NCBI RefSeq assembly: GCF_001949145.1
Contig: NW_019091359.1
Location: 1-64,000, forward strand
DNA from: Acanthaster planci
Taxonomy: Eukaryota
Length of the DNA: 64,000 bases
Direction: 5' to 3'
The translations under genes were made by a program, and so were the position numbers. The notes below the pieces were generated by a model that was not told the DNA's origin, ran no database searches, and saw only the letters and a list, made by a program, of their open reading frames with translations. Below are positions 37,420 to 51,000 of this stretch, one piece after another; positions within the stretch are counted from its first letter, which is position 1, and each line of letters begins with the position of its first letter.

Positions 37420-38985
37420 GAGATCCAATATATCGATGTTTTCACAAATGATATTGCTTCACATAAATCTGAAATAATATCAGATGTAAGTGATCACTTG
37501 CCTATTATTACATATGGCCCATGTATTACAAAGAAAATGAATACAACTACATCATACTATTAGAACAGAAACACATCTGAGCAGAATATTCACACCTTTA
37601 AAAGTCGAGTCAGCTGACTGGAAGTCCACTGTTACTGCAAATGATGCTAACAACTTTTACTCCCAATTTATGCAGAAACTCGACTCCCTCTATGATATAT
37701 GTGATCTGTACAAGAAATTCAATACAAAAGATACTTCTGCCAGTCCCTGGCTCTCAAAGGGCACACTTAAATCAATTCGGCGTAAACACAAATTGTATAA
37801 AAACAATACTTACACAACCCCAGTGTGTTTAATGAACGAAAGTACAAACAATATCGTAACAGTTTGACAGTTACTATTAGAGCAGCCATGAAAAACTATT
37901 TTGTAACGTCGTTGGAAAAAGAAAGGAATAACATAAAGACTACTTGGAAAAGTATTAACTTAGCTCTAAACAAGAAAACCACAAAGTCAAGTAAAACTAT
38001 TTTAGCGTCAACAATAACACCGTTATCAACCATAATCCATGGCAGAATGTTTGAATAACATCTTCACCAGCATTGGACCCAAACTGGCGTCCACAATTAC
38101 CCATCGTGATACTGATCCTGTTGATTATATTAAAGATGATTACCCTCGCTCCTTTTTCCTAACTCCGATCACCAGAAATGAACTTATGAGGTGCGTAAAT
38201 AAACTGCCGGCTAACAAAAGTCCAGGCCACGATGGCTTTACTGGAATTACCATAAAGCAAATTGTGCCGTTCATTTTAGACCCTTTGCTTAAAATTATCA
38301 ATCTGTCGTTTATGCATGGTGTACTGCCTGATAAACTAAACCTTGCGAGAGTTGTTCCAATTTTCAAAAATGGCGACCCTCATACCATCTATACTTATAG
38401 ACCAATATCCATACTTCCGTGTTTTTCAAAAATTCTGGAACGTTTGGTTGCCGATCGCCTAAACTTATTCCTTAAAACATTTGACATCCTCAGCAATACT
38501 CAGTATGGCTTCCGAGCAAATTATTCTACACAAATGGCTGTATTGACCTTATAGATAAAATCACCCAGTCACTCGCTAAGTCACAAAATACAATTGGTGG
38601 CTTTCTTGATCTGTCCAAAGCATTTGACACCATTGATCATGATATATTACTTAATAAACTGTCAAAGTATGAGGTTAGAAGGATTGTCCTGGACTGGTTT
38701 CGAAGTTGTCTTTCTGATAGAAAGCAATGTTGAGTGGGAGCATCAAAGATCAACATCTCAAATAATTAAATGTGGTGTACCCAAGGCTCAATATTAGGTC
38801 CTATTTTGTTTCTCCTATACATAAATGATTTATGCAATTCTTAAAATATATTGTCTTATATTTTATTTGCCGATGATATTAATATCTTCTACAGTTGTGA
38901 CAATTTGCAAGTAGGTTTGAGAATTGTGAATAGAGAACTACAAAATATTTCTACATGGTTAATTAGTAACAGAGTCGCAATCAAT
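37420..38985 (+). mobile_element. CR1/Jockey-group LINE ORF2, 5' part (interrupted by Gypsy)
   Basis: [98 protein letters not shown]. Confidence 0.9.
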
Positions 38986-41900
38986 GACCAGACGAGTCAA
39001 TTGATAAGTATGTAACCAATCTAATAAGTGAAGACCTGTGAGTTCGGCAACCTCAAAGACTCTCTCATTCGTGATAAGATCGTGATCAGAATCCACCCAG
39101 ATGAAGTGAGAGCACGTCTTCTCAGAACAAAAACCTTTTGCTCAACAAAGCCAGCATCTCACCAAGCTGAAACCCCATCAAGATGTCCATGCAGTCGCAC
39201 AAGCTTCTGCGTCTACAAGGAATTGCTGCAGCAAATGTGGTACCACACATCCACCACTCAACTGTCCCGCCTTTGGCCAGATATGCCACGCCTGGGGAAA
39301 GCCGAATCACTACAGCAAGATGTGCTGTTATTCCAAAATGCCTTCCATGCAAAGGAAAACAAAGCCATCAAAGAGCCGTGACTCACTACAGGGGAAGACC
39401 TCCAAGCCATCAAAAAGCCATCATGACAAGCACCGGGGTGCCACTAAATGACGAGACTGCCATCGGGACGTCCACAACCTGAGAAACAACGATGACTCGG
39501 ACGACATGGACAGCACATTCTCCAGTCAGAGCGAGAACGAACAATTTCAGAATGAACAGCACACATAAGGAACACCCGCGTGAGTGGTATGTAAATCTCA
39601 AGTTTCTTTCTGCGACAAACAGGCAAGACAAAAAGAAAATGCAAAAAATCTCTGTGAAAAAAAGAGAAATTCAAAACAGATACAGGTGCTCAATGTAACA
39701 TACTATCTGTAAAAACTTACAAGCTGGGCATAGGAAAGCTACAGAAATCAAAAGCTCAACTAGCTTCCTACACTGGTCGCACGTTCAAACCAATTAGAAA
39801 ATGTATCTTGACTTGTGAACACAAAAATAAGTTCCACAACATTGAATTTGAAGTGGTAGACCAAGATGTACCATTGATAACTCGACTACCAACATCTGCA
39901 GCGCTAGGTATAGTTAATAAGGTTGATGCAATAGATAGCACCCACCTGAAACGAAAGTATAAAGATGTGTTCCATGGTCTTGGGTGTATAGGTGTTCCAC
40001 AACATCTGGAAATAGATACGAATGTCAAACCAGTTGTTCATCCTCCTAGAAAAGTCCCAATAGCTCTCAGACAGAAAGTAAAGAAAGAACTCAACCGAAT
40101 GGAGGAACTTGGATAGAAAACAAACTGAACCGACAGAATGGGTGAGTTCAAAGGTGACAGTTGCAAACAAGGGTAAAGAAGAAGTATGCATCTGTCTTGA
40201 CCCAAGAGATCTAAACAAGGCAATAAAACGACCGCACTGCCCAATGAAAACAATTGAAGACATAACTGACAAACTGGCACGCTAGATGCAAACTGTTGAT
40301 TTTGGCAAATTCCATTGGATCAAGAAAGTTCAAAACTCCTCACCTTCAACACGCCACACGGCAGATTTTGATTCACAAGACTGCCATTTCGCATAAATTC
40401 AGCAAGCAAGATATTCCAACAAATAATGACAGACATATTCAGTGACATAGAAGGTGTTGAAGTTCTCGTTGATGATATTCTAATACATGGCCCATCAAAA
40501 GAAATACATGACCAAAGACTAAAACAAATTCTGGAACGATGCCATGAAAACAATATCCGTCTTAACCCAGACAAATGCCATCTTAATCAGACTGAAGTGA
40601 CATATATGGGGCATATTGTCGCCAACAGTGGGCTCAGAACAGATCCAAAGAAAGTTGAAGCCATCAAAAACATGGCCAGGCCCACAAATAAGAAAGGAGT
40701 CCAACAACTCCTCGGGATGGTCAATTATCTAGGGAAATTCATACCCAATATGTCAGACAAGTCAGCACCACTCAGACTGCTGCTTGAAAAGGACATCGCT
40801 AGGCACTGGGACACAGACCAAGAACAAAGTTTTCAAGCACTGAAACAGGCTGTAGTTCGGGCACCTGTCTTGCAATATTATGATGTCACTAAGCCAGTGA
40901 AATTAAGTGTTGATGCTTCACAAATGGGCACAAGTGCAGTACTACTCCAAGAGGGGCATCCAATTGCATATGCACTGAAAGCATTCACTGCTACACAGAC
41001 TCGCCAAGCACAAATTGACAAGGAGCTAGCTGCAATCGTTTTCGGCTGCAAAAAATTTCATCAATGTATTTTTGGCCACACTGTACAAGTTGAAACAGAT
41101 CACAAACCTCTTGAAGCCATATTCAAGAAACCACTGCATGCATCTCCACCCCGTCTCCAAAAAATGCTCTTGAACTTACAGAAATAAGACTTGCATGTGT
41201 CCTATGAAAAAGGAACTAATCTGTTCATTGCCGATTGTCAGAGCAGGTGGATTGTCAGATTGTCAGTCTGACAAGTGATGAAGTTGACATTGACAAAANN
41301 NNNNNNNNNNNNNNNNNNNNNNNNNNNNNNNNNNNNNNNNNNNNNNNNNNNNNNNNNNNNNNNNNNNNNNNNNNNNNNNNNNNNNNNNNNNNNNNNNNNN
41401 NNNNNNNNNNNNNNNNNNNNNNNNNNNNNNNNNNNNNNNNNNNNNNNNNNNNNNNNNNNNNNNNNNNNNNNNNNNNNNNNNNNNNNNNNNNNNNNNNNNN
41501 NNNNNNNNNNNNNNNNNNNNNNNNNNNNNNNNNNNNNNNNNNNNNNNNNNNNTCCCAATATGCATCGTCAATAACCTGCCCATCTCTGATGACAGGTTAA
41601 AAGAAATAACACAAGAGACAAAAAATGACCATGTCTTACAGACACTCAAGGCGGTCATCATAACAGGATGGCCAGAAGACAAAAAGCAAGTCCCGGAGGA
41701 AATTCGACAGTACTGGGAATTCCGTGAACTGCTCACAGTAGAAGACAACCTACTTTGCAAGGACTAGCGGGTAATTATCCCAAAATGATGATTCACAAAG
41801 TTCACAGTCATGCACACCAGGGCAAAGAAAAGACAAAAAGATTGGCACGGGACATAATGTATTGGCCCGGTATGTTAGCACAGATAACAGACACAGTGAC

Positions 41901-42890
41901 TGAATGTGAAACCTGCAATGCCTACAGACAGAATAATGCCAGCGAACTAATGTTAGGCCATACAAAACCACATACTCCTTGCATAGGAAAAGGTTGGCTC
42001 TGATATCTTTGAGTTTGATGGTAAACACTAACTCATACTCGTGGATTATTTCTCCAGCTTTTTTGAGATTTGTGAGTTAAAGAATATGACATCTTCCACG
42101 ATTATTGAGCAATGCAAAGCTCATTTTGCCAGGTACGGCATACCACAAGAGTTCATCACAGACAATGGACCGTACCACAAGTCACATGATTTCCACACTT
42201 TCAGTGCACATTACAACTTCCGGCATGTAACCAGCTCCCCTGGTTATCCCAAATCAAATGGCAAAGCTGAAAGTGCTGTGAAAATCGCAAAGAACCTGAT
42301 GCGCAAAGCAAAAGCAGATAACAAAGACCTATATCTTGCTCTCATGCAGTACGGAAACACACCACTAGATGGTTTAAATACCTCACCTGCTCATGGGAAA
42401 GAGAACATGCACACTTCTCCCCACCAACCCTAAATTGTTGAAACCAAGAACTCAGACCAATGTAACAAAAAAGCGACAGGAAACACAACAACAGCAAAAA
42501 ACACACTATGACAAAAATACTTGATCTCTCACTCCGCTACACCCTGGTGACACAGAATGCAGAATCCAAGGAATCCCAAAGTATGGATAAAAGCAGTCAT
42601 CACTAGAGTATGCAAAAAAACCACGATCTTACATGGTGGAATTCCACAGTACATGTTACAGTACATGTTGTACAGACGAAATCGCAAAGACCTTGTCAAA
42701 ACCAAAGAAACTCGAAACCCTTCATACCAGTACTATAATGATGACAACATGGATGATCAACCAACTCCAAACAATCTTCCGTCCCATCCTACTGGGAACA
42801 ACACCCGAGTAATCCCCAACTAAGTCAGTATTACACAACAAAATATGGAACGTGTGTCAAACCACCAATCAGATACAGAGAGTGAGTCAG
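38986..42890 (+). mobile_element. Gypsy (Mag-like) LTR retrotransposon internal region: gag/CCHC, protease, RT, RNase H, integrase; decayed, no LTRs recognised
   Basis: TCEFGNLKDSLIRDKIV, CSKCGTTH..NCPAFGQIC..NHYSKMC, KTDTGAQCNIL, PVVHPPRKVPIALR, VLVDDILIHG, VDASQMG, ETDHKPLEAIFKKPL, ITDNGP, SSPGYPKSNGKAESAVK. Confidence 0.9.
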
Positions 42891-43726
42891 TATTCCACTG
42901 AAGGTAGTGAAACAAGCAATGTTAGTTAATAACAAATACAACAAAGGGGGAAACTGATATCAAATGCATTTGATATGTCACATTGAGCACTCAGTACATT
43001 TAATACTATTTTCCTGGATTTGCCTATTTTAATTTCACAAGTATATCTTTAGCTTGCCTGGATTAAGTATGTCCAGAAGGTTTCTGGAGTATATCACGTA
43101 TTATTTACACATGTAACCTGCCACAACAATTTTGGACTGATTTTCTGCTTCACATTATAACTTTACATGGACCTTTCAGTTATTCCACCCAGTGATTGAC
43201 AGTGTATATACATGTATGCATTAAGTCTATAGGCCATTTAACTTTTTATATTGTAGCCATTTTAAAATCTCCTGCAAAACAAGTAAAGGAAACCTCTTTG
43301 ATCAGAAGTGTTATGCGTAATAATTTCATAATTGTAACCCAATGTTCTCAAGGAANNNNNNNNNNNNNNNNNNNNNNNNNNNNNNNNNNNNNNNNNNNNN
43401 NNNNNNNNNNNNNNNNNNNNNNNNNNNNNNNNNNNNNNNNNNNNNNNNNNNNNNNNNNNNNNNNNNNNNNNNNNNNNNNNNNNNNNNNNNNNNNNNNNNN
43501 NNNNNNNNNNNNNNNNNNNNNNNNNNNNNNNNNNNNNNNNNNNNNNNNNNNNNNNNNNNNNNNNNNNNNNNNNNNNNNNNNNNNNNNNNNNNNNNNNNNN
43601 NNNNNNATGAACTGTGCAGGCGTATTGCTTGCTCAAATGGCGCCCATGGTAATTACACCTTTTGGGCAGAGTTATCCATCTTGCGCCTTTGGCGCTATAC
43701 GATCTTTGGTGCACATGTCCATCTCC

Positions 43727-44240
43727 AGAAATCTTGCCGTTCTTAGAAAGCTGAAACATTTGTTACCCCCACAGAGTCTTTTATCTTCATATAATACATT
43801 AATTTTACCTCATTTACAGTATGGTGTATTAGCTTGAGGCAATACTTGTCAAACACACTTAAATAAAATTTATATTGTTCAAAAGAAAGCCTTAAGACTG
43901 ATTAATAATTCAGGTTGTAGATCACACACTGGACCTCTCTTCTTAAAATTTTAATGTCTCACTATCTTCAATATTTACAAATATCACTTGGGTGTTTTGA
44001 TGTATAAATTTGAGCACCAGATCCTTCTAATGGCCATACAGACTATGTTTACTTTAAACAGTTCAATCCATAATTATAACACAAGATTGTCATCCAAGTT
44101 TCACATCTTTAGTGCACCAACAAGTTTCTCCAAATGAACTGTAAGACACCAAGGCCTGTTTTTATGAAATAGCTTAAACTGCCTATCCCCAACATGTACC
44201 GTTTATCAATTCAAGAAAGATCTTAAGAGTTTCTTACAAT
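43727..44240 (+). mobile_element. CR1/Jockey-group LINE ORF2 C-terminus (probable continuation of 37420-38985); UTR and tail probably at 45964-46343
   Basis: RNLAVLRKLKHLLP..SLLSSYNTLILPHLQYGVLA*GNTC..HLNKIYIVQKKALRLI...QFKKDLKSFL. A-rich tail aaataaaccaacccaaaccaaa at ~46322-46343. Confidence 0.8.
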
Positions 44241-45190
44241 GGAGCTATCAAACAGGAGTCAGTACATACAAATATCAAAAGGGTCAATGATGACCACCGC
44301 CAGCACTACACGTGCTGCAAGGACAAAACAAATTACGCACTGCTTGCGGGATACAAGGAATGCTCGGAGTTGTATTTGCAAAGGATTGTGGGTACCGCAC
44401 ATGCGTGTCCGTAACACTTCCGCATGTTCAACATGGCCGCCTTCAGAGACTTAAATTTCGATAATTTTAGTGATTGTTGTGATATTCCAATGACAATGAA
44501 AGTCTGGTTACGTCTTTACATCCCCAAAACGTCTCTTTAACAAAAACAGAATTACTAACTTATACAAATTCTCCAAGAAATATGCACAAGAAAACTGAGA
44601 GAATGTAGCTGGTCCAGAGGAAAATAAAAAAAACAAACAAACATGGGAAGATTCGTTGTTGTTTCTGTCATTGTCCACAACTGTCTCAACATGAAATCTC
44701 ACCACGTTGTCAAATGCATTCCTACGGCATGTTTCCATCTTCTTTTAACCATAGGAACCACTAGGATTGCGACTTATGATATACATATCGCAGTTCATAT
44801 TTTGGGCATTTGTTCTCTACTGTCAGAAACGCAAAATGTCTTAACTGACTTTTAAAACGTCCGACTTTTGCCATATAACCACCGCTGATTTGGAATTTTC
44901 GAGCGCATCTGCGGAGATCACTTGTTGACTCCCGAGGGCTACTGAGAGAACTGCGTATCTTCTTTGTGCGTCTTTTCCACCATTTATTCATTCCAGTATG
45001 CCGCAGCGAAAAACCGCGAGTCTGTGGGTTACCAGCTACCTGGCAGTGGCGATCACTGTATACAAAGGATGTCTTGGGTCTTCAACACTGGGGCTGGTAA
45101 CCGTGCTTTTGTCTATGGAGCTGACTGGAGCAGTTAATCGGATTACGGTCTGTAGGGACTTTGTTCTAACTCATTGTGTTCGATAGCTCC
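44241..45190. mobile_element. Non-autonomous DNA transposon with GG..CC termini and AT TSD (ISL2EU/Harbinger-related?)
   Basis: AT|GGAGCTATCAAACA at the left end and TGTTCGATAGCTCC|AT at the right end. Excision restores the LINE frame KSFLQCSY. Confidence 0.6.
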
Positions 45191-45307
45191 ATGTTCTTAC
45201 TTACCAGTGATTTTAACCCATAAATATTCATGATAGNTAGGGGAGCAGAATAAGAAATGTAAGATATTAAACCCACACAAATTATACACTTTTCCATTTC
45301 CTGACAT

Positions 45308-46009
45308 TAACAAAAACAGAATTACTAACTTATACAAATTCTCCAAAAAATACGCACAAGAAAGCTGAGAGAATTTAGCTGGTCCAGAGGAAAATAAAAA
45401 ACACACAAACACAGGAAAATTCGTTGTCCTTTCTGTCATTGTCCAAAACTGTCTCGGCATGAAACCTCACCACGTTGTCAAATGCATTCCTACGGCATGT
45501 TTCCACCTTCTTTTAACCATAGGAACCACTTGCGACTTATGATATAAATATCGCAGTTCATATTTGGGTATTTGTTCTCTACCACCGGAAACGCAAAATG
45601 TCTTAACTGACTTTAAAAACGTCTGACTTTTGCCATATAACCACCGCTGATTTGGAATTTTCGAGCGCATCTGTGGAGATCACTTGTTGACTCCTGAGGA
45701 CTACTGAGAGAACTGCTGAGAGAACTGCGGATCTTCTTTGTGCATATTTTTCACCATTTATTCATTCCTGTATGCCGCAGCGAAAAACGGCGAGTCTGTG
45801 GGTTACCAGCTACCTGGCAGTGGCGATCACTGTATACAAAGGATGTCTTGGGTCTTCAACACTGGGGCTGGTAACCGTGCTTCGTCTATGGAGCTGACTG
45901 GAGCAGTTAATCAGATTACGGTCTGTAGGGACTTTGTTCTAACTCCTTGTGTTCGATAGCTCCATGTTCTTACTTACCAGTGATTTTAACTCATAAATAT
46001 TCATGATAG
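45308..46009 (+). repeat. Diverged direct duplicate of ~44538-45236 (offset ~770 bp), following a single-N join at 45237
   Basis: Near-identical text from TAACAAAAACAGAATTACTAAC to TAAATATTCATGATAG, including the transposon right end and its flank. Confidence 0.9.
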
Positions 46010-46349
46010 TATTTACATGTACTTCAAAAAACCTAATTTCTAATCCTTAACTGCCTCTATCCTAAACCAGCTATATGTATTTGTATTGTATTGAGACAAT
46101 TTGATGTAAATTATATTTTGTCAAAAACGTGTAGAAATGGAATGTTCATCATAAGACAGGGTTGCTGGGTCTCGTCTTTCATCTCGTCTCTCACCTCAGC
46201 TTTTTTCTAAGCACCCTACATCTTCATTTATTGTATATGAATCAATATCATAACATTGTGTACCTTGTTACTATGAATTTATTTTCATTGCTCATCCACC
46301 TGCAATGTTAACGAAGATGTGAAATAAACCAACCCAAACCAAAGCTCAG

Positions 46350-49282
46350 TGCATCAAGAGATGTGTTCCCATTGGATATGTTGTATTTGTTGGGTAAACC
46401 TCCTCTCCCTATGGATCAAGTGAATACTAGCACCAGAGTTATCAAGCCCCTACTTTTACATGCACCTGTATCCATACACCTGTTAAGGAAATGTGTAGGC
46501 TTGGCATCTTGATCGCTGGGCTCACTGAGACCCCTATTCTGGGTAAGGGCATCATGAGTGTAGTTCACAACTCCATTATCTTTTCTGGTGGATCCGTTCA
46601 CACCAATGGTGTAGCCCTTTTCCTCAATAAGAGAGCCAGCGGCTGCATATTATCTTGACATGACATGACAAACTCTGCTGTCTGTCAGACTCAAGCACCA
46701 GCATGAGGCTAGCACCTTCATTGTCGTGTATTCTCCCACTGAGGTTGCCTGCGACTCAGACAAGGGTTCCTTTTATGGTCAACTTTCTCATTGCGTCTCC
46801 TCTGTTCCTCCCCATGACAAGTTGTTTGTACTCGGTGACTTTAATGCAGTCTCAGGTTCCAACAGGTCTGGCTTTGAAGATGTTGGAAACTTTGGCCACG
46901 GTACAGTAAATGGTAACTCAATTCGCATGATTTCCTCCCGTCTTGCTCACCGCCTAGCCATCTCAGGCTCATATTTCAAGCGGAAGAACATCCACAGACT
47001 CACCTGGATATCGAATGACGGTCACACAGCCAAAGAGCTTGACCACATACTTGTCAACGATCGGAGATGCCTGAAGTCCTACTGAGTTTATCGCGGTGCT
47101 GAAGCCCCTGCCAACACCTTATCACTGACTTCTTGTCGCTCAGGTTTGTATCAATCCCTTCACAAAGAAATCTCTGCCCAAATGTCACCAAGATCACCAT
47201 CTTCTTCTAACAGACTCCTTGGTGGCAACCGACGACTCTATTGAGGTTTGTAACCGCTTTGATAATACCTGCCCGACTCTGTTGACCTGCCCGACTGTTG
47301 AAGACTCCTGGGCTGCTTTTTGTGATACTGTTCTTGGTGCTGCTGAGAAGGTTGAACCTGCCTATCGTTCCCGGGGTCACCCCTGGCTTACTGAGAGCAC
47401 CCTTGAAATCATTGAGCAGAAACGAGCTGCCGGTCTAAGCTCTAACCGTGCCGAGTCGTCATCTGGCGGGGATATACAAAGCCAAGGCAAAATAAGACCT
47501 GAACGCACAGTATGACTCTATCGTCTCTGAGGCCGAGGGTGGCCTGAGACAGAATAAACTCTGCTCCGCCTTCAAAGAAGTGAAGTGCCTGTGCGGAGTT
47601 GGCCAGCATTGCAGCTCTTTCCTCGGTTTCCAGAGCAGACGGCTCTCCCTGCAACTCGTCGGAAGAAATGCTGTCCTGCTGGAAAGACCACTTCTGCCGG
47701 TTGCTAAACTTACCAGCTGCTTCCCCCAGACCACTTTCAACCACATCTCCTGAAACTGTAGTCTTTGACCTGGACTGTGACCCTCCACCATTGTGTAAAG
47801 TGTGGGCTGCTATCCAAAAGTTGAAATCGACCTGTGCAGCAGGAGATGATCGCATCTGCTCCAAGTACTTGAAATCTGCTGAGGTACCCATAAGCAGAGG
47901 TCTTCACAAGATCTTTTCCAACGTGTGGTCCACAGGTATGGTTCCGGCAGACTGGAAGGATGGTATAATTCTACCTCTCAATAAAGAGAAAGGATCTAGG
48001 ACGGCCTGCAGTAGTTATCGCCCCATCACCTTGCTTTCCATTCCTGGCAAGGGGTTTGTGTTTATTCTGCTAGCCAGAATTCGTCCACTACTTGTATCCC
48101 TCCAGAGACCACAGCAGTCAGGTTTCACTCCCAGCCGCTCCATAGCTGATGCATTTCTTGCATTATGTCTACTTGCTGAACTCCATAATGAGTACAATCG
48201 CCTGCTTGATGTCGCCTACGTAGACATCAAGGCTGCCTTTGATTCTGTTGACCGAAACCAGCTCTGGAATGTCCTCTCCTCAAAGGGAATTCCAAACACC
48301 ATTTTGATTTTGACCAAATCCCTGCACTCTGACACCAAAGCCAAGGTCAGGATAGGTAATGACTTATCCTCCTCCTCAACTTCCTCAGGAGTCCGGCAAG
48401 GCTGAATGCTATCTCCCACTCTATTCTGTGCTGCCATGGACACCATTCTGTCACAGTGTGAGGCATAACTGCGGATCGATGTAGGCAACCATAGGTTTAC
48501 CGACCTTCTATATGCTGATGATGTTGTGCTGTTTATTGACGACCCAGATAGATGGGGGGGAACATCTTGAAACCTTTGAATGGGAAGCTAGTTAAGTCAG
48601 CCTTAAATCCTCTTGGGCCAAGACCAAGGTTCAATCCCTAGGTGGACGTTCACCTGCCCCGGTTTATATTGGCCCCGATGTCATAGATGCTGTTGAGTCC
48701 TTCTGCTACCTCGGAAGCACTATCACCACCTCAGGTCTATGCAGTACCGATGTCCTATGCAGAACTGGCATCGCCAGCGACATCATCATGATCATGGGCC
48801 AATTAGACCGTCTTTGGAGAAGCAAGGCCAGCTTCCCCATCAAGCTAAGGTTCAACTGAGCTTGTGTGCTTTCTGCCCTCTATGGGGCCGAAACCTGGAC
48901 ACTGAGAAAAAGAGATCAACAATGTCTCCAGGCCTTCCATATGCAGAGCCAGCGTTGCATACTAGGCATCCAGTGGTCTGACTTCATTTCAAATGCCATC
49001 ATCTCTCAGTGCACCAGGCTCGGTAACATTGTTTTGGAGGTTGCAGGGAGGTGACACACTTTATTTGGTCACGTCCGGTGCATCCAAGCCCCCGGCTCCT
49101 GCTCGTCTTGCCCTAAATGTAGCTATCCAATTCCATTTTGGTCTGCCACCTGGAGGAGGCCCCGCGGCTGTCCCCGTCTCGCTTGGCTTAAGCTTGAAAG
49201 GAGCGCTGGTCCCTTGCTCTTGACAGGGGTGTCTGGAGATCACTACGACCCTCGTGATGGTCAGATGCAGAATGATGATGAA
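46350..49282 (+). mobile_element. RTE-clade LINE, near full-length ORF, decayed
   Basis: IAGLTET, TNGVALFL, YSPTE...FVLGDFNA, TWISNDGHTAKELDHILV, SYRPITLLSIPGK, QQSGFTPSRS, YVDIKAAFDSVDR, SGVRQG, DLLYADD, LYGAETWTL. Short (TGA)n tail at 49273-49281. Confidence 0.9.
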
Positions 49283-50622
49283 TTTACGCATTTATCAAAA
49301 AAATGTTCTTTTTGCAAGACAAATATTCATTTTCATGTTGTTGTTTTTAAGGAGCTGCAAAAAAATGTTCACAGAATCAAAATTGTGACTTTCATCAGGT
49401 TTATCGTCAGTTATGTTCTCAGCCATAAAGTATTTGTCATCATGTCTACAAAGTGTACAACATCCAGCACTGTGCAGTCTCTTTAGTTTTTACTTTAGTT
49501 CTCTAAGAAAACAGAAATTAACACAGAACCGTACAAATTTTTCGATGGCTGCACCAGGTGGGAACTTCAACTTAATTTTAAATATGGAAAGATTTGCAGC
49601 TGAAGCAGACACATTATTCAGTTTATACCTGATCTTCCTGATCCTATAAGGGAAGGCAAAGGTTACCTCCCCCCTCCCACACACAGTCATATAACACCTT
49701 CCATCGCTTTCCACCCCTCGCAGTCCCCCTTCCCCCTTCAGAAACTTTCTTCCCCTCTTTTTTCCCTTTCATGGGTGGAGGGTGGAGCCACCACAGCTGC
49801 CTAATTGCGATCAAATCAGAAGGGTTAGCAGGTGTCAATAACATCTATGTGTGCATGAGCATGATGCCATATCCATCTTCCAGTCATCTCTTACCTGAGT
49901 GCCAGCTGCCAGGTGTGTATGCAGGTGTGGGGTCCAGCATCAAAGATTGCCAGTGCAATGCAGCCTACAGAACGCATTCAATTAAAAGGCGGACCTGTAA
50001 AAATAGCAAGCTATCACAAGAAGAGGAGCTCTAATTAACTGCAAAATCTTAAACGGCAAAGTGGCAGGGAACTGAATCAATAGGGACTCACACACTTATT
50101 CTACATGTAACAAAACCAAAAATACTGATCAACCCTTAAAATAAAAATTACCAAACTGAAAAAAATAAACAAAAAAGACTTGAAAACCATGAACTAAAGT
50201 TTAACCCCCCCAAAAAACAAGGTCACATGTAGGCGAGCCGACACATACAGTGTGTGCTGTCTTGAACTTCAAATGACCGTCATAACAAAACAATATGGTG
50301 GATTGAGCACACCTACTTTTTACAAAATGAAGCATGGGACGGCCCAGTCACAGTGCCAGCTGTGACAAGTCACATGGTCCAAAACAACCCGGCTTTTCTA
50401 GCATTCACCAGCACAGTGTGTCAGACAGATCTTATAAGAATACATGTACACTCAGACTTCAATCACTAACTTTGACAGGACTCAAACAGAAAACCACACT
50501 TCAGTTAAGTGGACCAATACATGACATGTTGACTTGTATCTGCTGATCTGCTTCACTGAGTATCATGGCCACACTACATGTATGTGGCCAAATTAAATGC
50601 AAGGAAGGGGAACTCTAAACTA

Positions 50623-51000
50623 CAGTCATTTGCAAAAGTTTAAGACCACCTGGAATTTTATTGGTATTTCTGTCACTGGGCCTGCATTACATTGTCTCAT
50701 CGAATGATGTGTAACACCACTGCAGTAGTCCTATCTAAATACCCATTTGGATGAATTTTTTTGCAATGGCAGGTCTTGTACGATATTTTGTCTACAAGGC
50801 AGCAAAAAAAAAAGGACACGCTAAACATTAGACTGTTAACATTTCAAATCATGGAAATGTAGTCAAATAGCTGTTTAACCAAGATACGAAGTTTACACAC
50901 TGAAAATAAACACAAGTTGGCATGATTGATTGGTTTGAGTTTGGTTTTTCTTCAGGTTGATGCATTTTGTATGAGTGGTCCTAAACTTTTGCAATGACTG
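50623..51000. mobile_element. Tc1/mariner MITE (378 bp) with TA TSD
   Basis: TA|CAGTCATTTGCAAAAGTTTAAGACCAC ... GTGGTCCTAAACTTTTGCAATGACTG|TA. Confidence 0.9.
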
